Assembly: GCA_000934665.2 (NCBI GenBank) | Contig: JYFJ02003319.1 | Location: 1 to 43,616 of the forward strand | Direction: 5' to 3' | Source: Catajapyx aquilonaris | Lineage: Eukaryota | Length of the DNA stretch: 43,616 nucleotides | Shown here: positions 38,201 to 43,616 of the stretch, one piece after another | Layout of the letters: each line of letters begins with the position of its first letter | Position numbering within the stretch: the stretch's first letter is position 1 | The notes under the pieces: generated by a model | Told to the model about the DNA's origin: nothing | What the model saw: the letters and a program-made list of their open reading frames with translations, nothing else | Database searches by the model: none | Translations under genes and position numbers: made by a program

Positions 38201-38494
38201 AATTCACAGGGAATTGAAGACCTTGGCGATGATCTTCTGGGCATGGTGAAACTGGCAGTACTGACACCACAGGTCATGCAATCAGCCATGACATACGTCT
38301 CCTTTGTCGTCGGAAGCATCATCCTGATATGCGTTGCCATCTACTTGGTCCGACGTAACATGAGCAGCAAGAGTGGAAAGATCATGGATGGAGGACGATA
38401 CGAGATGAGGAAACCCAATACTGTCTTCTCTCCAGGTTTACAGGGATCAGGGGATACCAAGCCCAAGTCCAACTCAACCAATGGAACCTCGTAA
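22130..38494 (+). CDS. Class B scavenger receptor (CD36/SCARB1/SNMP/croquemort family), 10 coding exons, 515 aa: join(22130..22154,34153..34244,34340..34500,34826..34967,35804..36010,36118..36317,36445..36635,36907..37025,37095..37220,38210..38494)
   Basis: All introns are GT-AG, phases are consistent and the CDS is 1548 nt. CD36-family motifs: W..PP...VYFFNVTN..EF, ETGPYVYRE, F..NGTVTF, VPNVP, V.EL.WGYEDP, CNMINGSDGT.FPP, FCRSLPL, N.CFC, SG.FNISVC.FGAPV.LSWPHFY.GDP, P..EKH, Q.N, FP.LWF. N- and C-terminal transmembrane segments are present. Exon 1 is inferred from phase and context. The orthologue was not determined. Confidence 0.93.
23193..23251. repeat. (TC)n microsatellite in SR-B intron 1
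   Basis: Direct observation. Confidence 0.98.
26440..27300 (+). mobile_element. Highly degenerate piggyBac-like transposase relic
   Basis: Ordered remnants EIARLLGI, FVIEASMCLYKG (cf. VDE.M..FKG), WG, LFISKIATDL (cf. FFTS..LA..L) and W......VLL across frameshifts; by-eye similarity. Confidence 0.35.
29300..29900 (-). mobile_element. Degenerate Tc1-like transposase relic
   Basis: Minus strand: GRFP....P, RPF...RR.....YC, STDEKICT (cf. FTDEA.FT) and TNP remnants in the expected order. Confidence 0.3.
29992..30416. mobile_element. Intact Tc1/mariner-type MITE, 425 bp, long (~110 bp) imperfect TIRs, TA TSD
   Basis: TA|CAGGGTTCGGAAATTTAATCTACCTTCGCTTTGGGGGATGGTA... and its reverse complement ending ...CCGAACCTG|TA. 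Confidence 0.9.
30600..30618 (+). CDS. Candidate alternative first coding exon (MLPPRQ+A, phase 1)
   Basis: ATG followed by an AAA|gtaagc donor in the phase that exon 2 requires. Very short, so chance cannot be excluded. Confidence 0.25.
34153..34244 (+). CDS. SR-B exon 2, N-terminal transmembrane helix (LLILTGVILLVGGVLVVLFFQGLVDSMIYA)
   Basis: Acceptor ttttcgttgcag, donor gtaagt; hydrophobic Gly-rich helix in frame with exon 3. Confidence 0.9.
34340..34500 (+). CDS. SR-B exon 3 (RLPLSDGS...ETGPYVY)
   Basis: Acceptor tttcag, donor AG|gtaatt; WKDPP, VYFFNVTN and GPYVY motifs. Confidence 0.96.
34826..34967 (+). CDS. SR-B exon 4 (ETWKKVNVSFNENGTVTF...VVPNVPMM)
   Basis: Acceptor tttcag, donor gtaaga; NGTVTF and VPNVP motifs. 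Not in the ORF track; translated by hand. Confidence 0.95.
35142..35276 (+). CDS. Candidate alternative exon 5a, a diverged tandem duplicate of SR-B exon 5 (RFVYWMQYSRKLVIHNIMHLLETMNVHPLLVQKLRGILWLHDQFN)
   Basis: Acceptor tttcattgcag in phase 0; ungapped alignment to exon 5. Possible donor gtatga at 35277; a second in-frame donor gtaagt at 35376 lies beyond one TGA (35280-35282). Confidence 0.65.
35804..36010 (+). CDS. SR-B exon 5 (TAVFQMQHSS...WGYEDP...FGFFVG)
   Basis: Acceptor tttcag, donor gtgagt; PFV.KTVKELAWGYEDP and KFGFF motifs. Confidence 0.95.
36118..36317 (+). CDS. SR-B exon 6 (KNHT...CNMINGSDGTGFPP...HIFQ)
   Basis: Acceptor ttttaccatag, donor gttagt; CD36 signature motif. Confidence 0.95.
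36445..36635 (+). CDS. SR-B exon 7 (EFCRSLPL...NECFC...SGLFNISVCTF)
   Basis: Acceptor tgcag, donor gtaagt; conserved cysteine cluster. Confidence 0.96.
36907..37025 (+). CDS. SR-B exon 8 (GAPVLLSWPHFYNGDP...DVQP)
   Basis: Acceptor cacag, donor gtaaaa; S.PHF motif. Confidence 0.95.
37095..37220 (+). CDS. SR-B exon 9 (KMGLPLGAKARVQLN...FPILWFED)
   Basis: Acceptor ttttcag, donor gtgagt. Confidence 0.95.
37730..38055. mobile_element. Degenerate MITE of the same family in SR-B intron 9
   Basis: Inverted gcagtctcgttactgagataat (~37772) and attatttcagtaacgaggctgc (~37949); right end AAACACCATG|TA. Confidence 0.55.
38210..38494 (+). CDS. SR-B exon 10, C-terminal transmembrane helix and cytoplasmic tail
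   Basis: Acceptor cacag in phase 0; hydrophobic YVSFVVGSIILICVAIYLV followed by RR; stop TAA ending at 38494. Confidence 0.9.
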   Translation, partial: GIEDLGDDLLGMVKLAVLTPQVMQSAMTYVSFVVGSIILICVAIYLVRRNMSSKSGKIMDGGRYEMRKPNTVFSPGLQGSGDTKPKSNSTNGTS

Positions 38495-40830
38495 TTACAT
38501 AAATTCGACAAGGAAACTGAACACAGAAAGTGAAATCAGATCAATATTTTTGGGGCCATATTTTTTTTTCCAAGTGACGAACATGCATCATGCAGAAAAA
38601 AATCATTAAGGGGGGTTTAGAGAGTTTTGTGTCATATGGATGTCACTGTTGACAAAATGCTCAATCTTAGAAGAGATCATGCGCACGCAGGAAGTGTGCA
38701 TAAAAAGGTTTTGGTGAAAAGCTTGCTATTTTTTCAATAGCCAGCTGAACACTTTTGCAGTGCAGATTACATATGTGAAGAAAATAATCAGGTATGATGC
38801 AGAGGTGAGTGATGTACAGAAAATGCCTACGCATATGAAGAATGAATGTTACTTTTTAGAATAGTCACCTTTGTGTGTAAATATGCAACATCACTCCCGA
38901 GGAAGTGCAGTATTTTGTTTACATATTAGCATTGGAAAAAAATTTGAAATCTAATATGCCAGTGGTCAGTGATAATGATATATTATTTCTTACTGGAATT
39001 TTTTGACATAGAATCATTGTCATAAGTGAAAACGTAAGTGAGACTTTTTAACATTTCAGTAAGAAGATTTATAACACTTTTCCGCCTTGACTTAAAGGTG
39101 CCAATGCAAAGTAGCGACATATGTAGTTTTTATTCCAGACTTCAGGGTCGGACTGACTTCCTCCTCCCAGTCTTCTGTACCAAATCATATAATGAAGTTT
39201 AATTTTTTATTTTAGTGGAACTTGAGATTATGCGTGCATTGCATTGTAAGGAACAAAATATAACATTTCTGACTTTTTAGGTGGAGGAGGGGTGGGGGGG
39301 AAAGGGCATGAGTGTTTGGCGCCACATAAAGGGTTCTGATGGCACAAGCGTCCTATCCTCCCTTAGTCCGACCCTATACCAGTTGTGCATATAATCGTTA
39401 CTTTTCTTATTATGTGCTGTCATTGACAGGTTCTCGGAATCTCAATTTAAAATGTAATTTCAATTCAATTGTTATGTACTTAAGTAAATTGTCTGAAATA
39501 AAACAATTTTATAAGGCCGATGTTCCCGACTCATTTCATCTTTCGAATCACAAACTCTTCCTTGTACCTACTTCTTTGAGAAGTATTTTTTGTCAACAGG
39601 CCAACAGCGATGTCATGCTAAATATAAATATGATACAAGTACACAGTGGTCCGATAAAGAAGCAATACTACTTAGAAAAAGTCACGTCAGATGTCACCGA
39701 CTGTGACAATGAAGGCATTGCCTGTGTTAGTGCATTGTTACTTGTTAGCTATTGTTGCCTTCAATAACCACCCCTGCTACAGTACATCACGGTTTTTCGC
39801 CAACTGCTTACGAGGCGATGCCTAAACTCTCAAGAGGAACGGATTTGCTTTTCACAGTTGGAAAGCTGTGGGGATTCCAGTCCATTTTCAGAAAAGAATG
39901 TTAGAAAAGGGATCAGGATTATTCCGGTATACCTGGGTACCCATCAAGTTCCCTGATTGTATTAAAAAAATAGCTCATCACAGTGCACACACTGAGAACC
40001 TAATAATTCATATAACTTACAGCAGATATTACCAGGGATGAGAGATTCGACATTAAATGACCACTGCAATGGTGTACCACAGCATTAGCCCATTGCCAAA
40101 CAGTGAAATAAAACACGACCACAAATTTGGACAACAGTAATTTGCTATCTGTATTCTGCTCTATGAAAATCAGAATTTGTACTGCAAAATAAATTATGAT
40201 AATTGGCTTGTAATTGGCCCCGGTAAGATATTGAAAGGTTGCAGGAATATCCGTTTAATTGTGGACAGCGGCATTGGTATAGAATGTGGTCCTATTTTTA
40301 GCGTTGCACATGATTCACCAAGTTCACAGAGTTTGAAGAGGTCATTTATACGACGAGAGCTGTAGAGTACGATAATGCTTCTTTTCATACTAGACTCGTA
40401 CCTCTTTGCAGTATTGTACTGTATGAGTAGCTACATCGCGCTACATCTTCTTACCGAGATTTCTACATACTTGGTATAAACTAAATCTGCTGTGGGACAG
40501 TTGCATAGTGCTATAGTTACACAACACATTACACTAAGGATTTTTCCTAGCTTTCTTTAATATGAGGGCATAATACCCTGATGGTAAAACATGCAGACAA
40601 CATCATGTGAGAGTCTTCTGTGTCTTCTACATTGATGAGATGTGTTGGACATTTGCTAGAATTCAGTAATTAACGTTCAAAGCCCTATATAAGCATAATA
40701 TAATTATGCTCATCTGATGTGCATATTTGCAGTTTTTAAAAATTCTGCGCTTATTAATATAATTTTTGCGATCTGTCTCCTCATCACTATCACGCCAAAC
40801 GCTAAGCAGCTCTCTGACCTCACACTTTAA

Positions 40831-41088
40831 CCCTTAACTACGTAGGTGGAGCCTGAGAGGTTCCAACATGATGTAACCTTTTAATTAAAAATTTTTCCCT
40901 GTCGGAATATGCTGACAGCGCGTGATTTTGACGTTTTCGGAAGCCTAATGATCTGAACTGCACTTTATGTATGTGAAAAGTCCAATATAACAATTTAGTT
41001 TATAAGCAGAAATTTAAATATACCGTTGGAGCCTCTCAGGCTCCACCTACGTAGTTAAAGGTGTTTCGCCCACCTACGTAGTTAAGGG
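40831..41088. mobile_element. piggyBac-type MITE, 258 bp, TTAA TSD
   Basis: TTAA|CCCTTAACTACGTAGGTGG ... CCACCTACGTAGTTAAGGG|TTAA; a 37-bp TIR matches 41025-41061 with 2 mismatches. Confidence 0.9.
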
Positions 41089-42084
41089 TTAATCCGTGCA
41101 ACCTTTCATGCTTACGAACATGATTCGGATTACGAGGTTAGGGTGTAAAAATACACCCAAATTCTTCCACCAGTTCAAACGACAACACCCGAAATCTCTC
41201 CGCCTGATAATCAACTGACACTGATGAAAAATCTTCTAACCACCTTCTCCCTTGAATTGTCTCTGCAGGAGTACGTATAGTAGTAACAGCGATTAATGTT
41301 TTTGGAACGTGATGTAACAAGTATTAGAAGGGCTGTGTAAAGTTTGCTGTGCGATGTTGCACGTGTTCACTACCTTGCGATAACTGCTGTTTTCGAGCTA
41401 ATTCGAGGCATTTTAGCGTGGGTCAGAAGCCAAGGAAAAATTCGGATGCAAAATTCGGATATGAATGGCTGGTAAGTCTCGCTACGAACGATTCCCGCGA
41501 GCTTGCGAACACACCTTTGCCTTTACTAGTCCAGGTTTTTGGCCCACTTGATTCGGGATGACCCCTATATTTCGAGGACTTTGGTTGTTTGACTGCCCCG
41601 AGGTCTAAAGCAAAAGGAATGAAAGGTCATCATGATTTACGAGTGACCTATATAAGGAATGCGGAAATAGTGATGAATTCCCACACATGGACAGAAAAGT
41701 GTATCTGTGTTACATAGTGTTATCATTCATTTTATGTAAGTTTGATGTAATGACTCAATGCAAAATGAAATTAATATACTGTGGTAATTATGTTATATCT
41801 GCATTACAGTGACGGGTAGAAGGTTCCCTCGTGATTAAAGATAATAATGAGAAAATCTGACAACAATATGAGAACACATGATCCATTCATTTATGACATA
41901 ACTTGATGTATGACCTGAATGTATCATACAGACTGGTTGCAAATCAGGAAATTGCAAGTGCCTTTAAAATATTTTTGCAAAAGCGCATATTATAGACACT
42001 GTGTTAAAATTATTTGTATATCACACTGAATAGATCTTTGAATTTTCAACTAGTAAATTCAACATATAAACTTACATAAGGTAC

Positions 42085-42188
42085 ACCGGGGTAAGTGGAA
42101 ATGTGGGGTAAGTGGAACCCACGGATATTGCAGAGATATGACTGCTTGGATTGTGTCCCCACCTACTGGATTTACATTGCACTATTGC
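42085..42188 (+). mobile_element. pogo-like DNA transposon left end, interrupted by the LTR element
   Basis: ACCGGGGTAAGTGGAA with a tandem GGGGTAAGTGGAA subterminal repeat. Confidence 0.4.
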
Positions 42189-43616
42189 TGTCACGTAGTG
42201 GTAATGTTACAAGTGGATTTGGCAATCCATATCTTGATGAGCCACACGAGTATTAGTCTTGCCACATTGGGCAAAAACATGCTGACTTTGCTTGTGCAAT
42301 AGGAGGGGTTCCTCATATTGTCAGGCACAGCCCAGTATATAAGAGTAACTTCTGCACAGGATAAGAGAGTTCCTGGGCGCGAGCTAGGGCTCACGATTGG
42401 GAATGTAGCTGCTCAGATTTAACCCGTGAGGCTGGCATTGGCCAGGCCTTTGCTGAGACAACGTAATTGTTAATTGGCATTAACTTGTGAACTTTGGAAA
42501 CAACCATAACTTAGAGAACAGTGTATTGTAACTATTTGAGAACCAGTGTAAATATACATCACATTAAATTCATTTTTAATACAGCCTTACCCTCAATTAT
42601 TTGAACCTACACGACAGTTAACGTTGGTTGAAAAGCCAACGCCCACATATGGCGCAGCCTGAGATATAAAATTTTTGGGGGGCTGATTGCAGTGATTTGG
42701 AACCAATCGGGGGTCAAAACTTGTGTCCAGGGACGGGTAAAAAGTTCGCGAAGCAACCAGGTAGCTCTGGGAACCGTGCAGGATCCCGCCCAGAAGTCTT
42801 CACTTCACATCGAGTACCACCTGTCAGGAAGAAGCAGACACAAGAAGAGGACAACCCAGGTTCGTATAAAAGTTTTAATCAATTGTTTTGTTTTGTTGTT
42901 TTCATTTTAGAAAATTTTGCGAGCGCTACACAAATTAAGGGAGTTAAAAGTGGAAGAGTCAGGTGCATTCTGTCCGAAGGAGACGAGGAAGTGCTTGAGC
43001 AAACACTTCGGATTGCACTGTGGAGAAGAGAAAATATCGAGCACAATGACAACAATTGGCGTCAAGCCAAGAGGTCGGTGCTCTGCTCAAGGAACGTGCA
43101 CGCAGAGGATTAGTCGCGCACTTGAAAGAAACAGCTGGACGTTAAACCGTGAAGGTGAGTATGAGTGGCATGCTGATAAATAATGAAGCATTGTTTGTTG
43201 ACAGAAAAGGCATCACAGCTACGATGGAAAAACCAAGCAGGCAGAAGCAAGTAACAACGTAGCGTGAGTGTGGAAGATTCCCCAAATTTTTGGATTTGAT
43301 TTGCCAGTAGAGAAAGTAACGAAAGGCGGCAGAATTAACGTAAACATTTTTGAGAAAGGCATCGTAACAAGTATAACGAAATTTAAGTGGTAAAAAGTAA
43401 TGGAGCGTGATTGCTCACTGAGATATTGTTGGAGGGAACCAGCAGTGCACCTGGTCCTCGTCCGCAGGGTATCAGTGACTAATCCCGGACATTAATTCAG
43501 TTGACAATAGAAATGAGCGAGCCGCATAGTAAGCAAAAAGAAACTCTGTAAGACGAACAGTCGGAAAATAATCCATAACGGAAGTTGGAAGGAGAATTAG
43601 CCAGTTGACGTGAATT
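42189..43616 (+). mobile_element. Gypsy-type LTR retrotransposon 5' end: LTR (~42189-42647), PBS (42650-42658) and frameshifted gag start
   Basis: TG...CA termini, TATATAAG (~42336), ATTAAA (~42563), and TGGCGCAGC 2 nt after CA (complement of a tRNA-Ser-like 3' end). A SAP-like LRELKVEE/RCILSE...VLEQ.LR.AL lies at ~42927-43020. The LTR 5' boundary is uncertain. Confidence 0.6.

Noticed and set aside
1..43616. CRISPR arrays, operons or other prokaryotic systems
   Set aside because: No regularly spaced repeats or dense ORFs; the sequence is clearly intron-containing eukaryotic DNA.

Overview
AT-rich, repeat-rich eukaryotic DNA that looks arthropod-like (spliceosomal introns, tRNA-derived SINEs, Tc1/mariner, piggyBac and hAT MITEs). 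The main feature is a complete + strand class B scavenger receptor (CD36/SR-BI/SNMP family) gene: 10 coding exons from 22130 to 38494, 515 aa, with a ~12 kb first intron. The most interesting signal is an unannotated, diverged tandem duplicate of coding exon 5 at 35142, which encodes the presumed ligand-binding apex helices. It has a good acceptor, two in-frame donors, one in-frame TGA, a nearby AATAAA and flanking ACUAAC/UG-rich motifs, which suggests regulated exon switching or a poison/terminal exon. Also noted: a candidate alternative first exon, an apparent excess of AAGGTCA nuclear-receptor sites, two SINE families with structurally similar 3' tails, a perfect 75-bp palindrome, an orphan ionotropic-receptor-like exon, and the 5' LTR/PBS/gag start of a Gypsy element at the right edge. 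All family assignments come from manual reading, not database searches.
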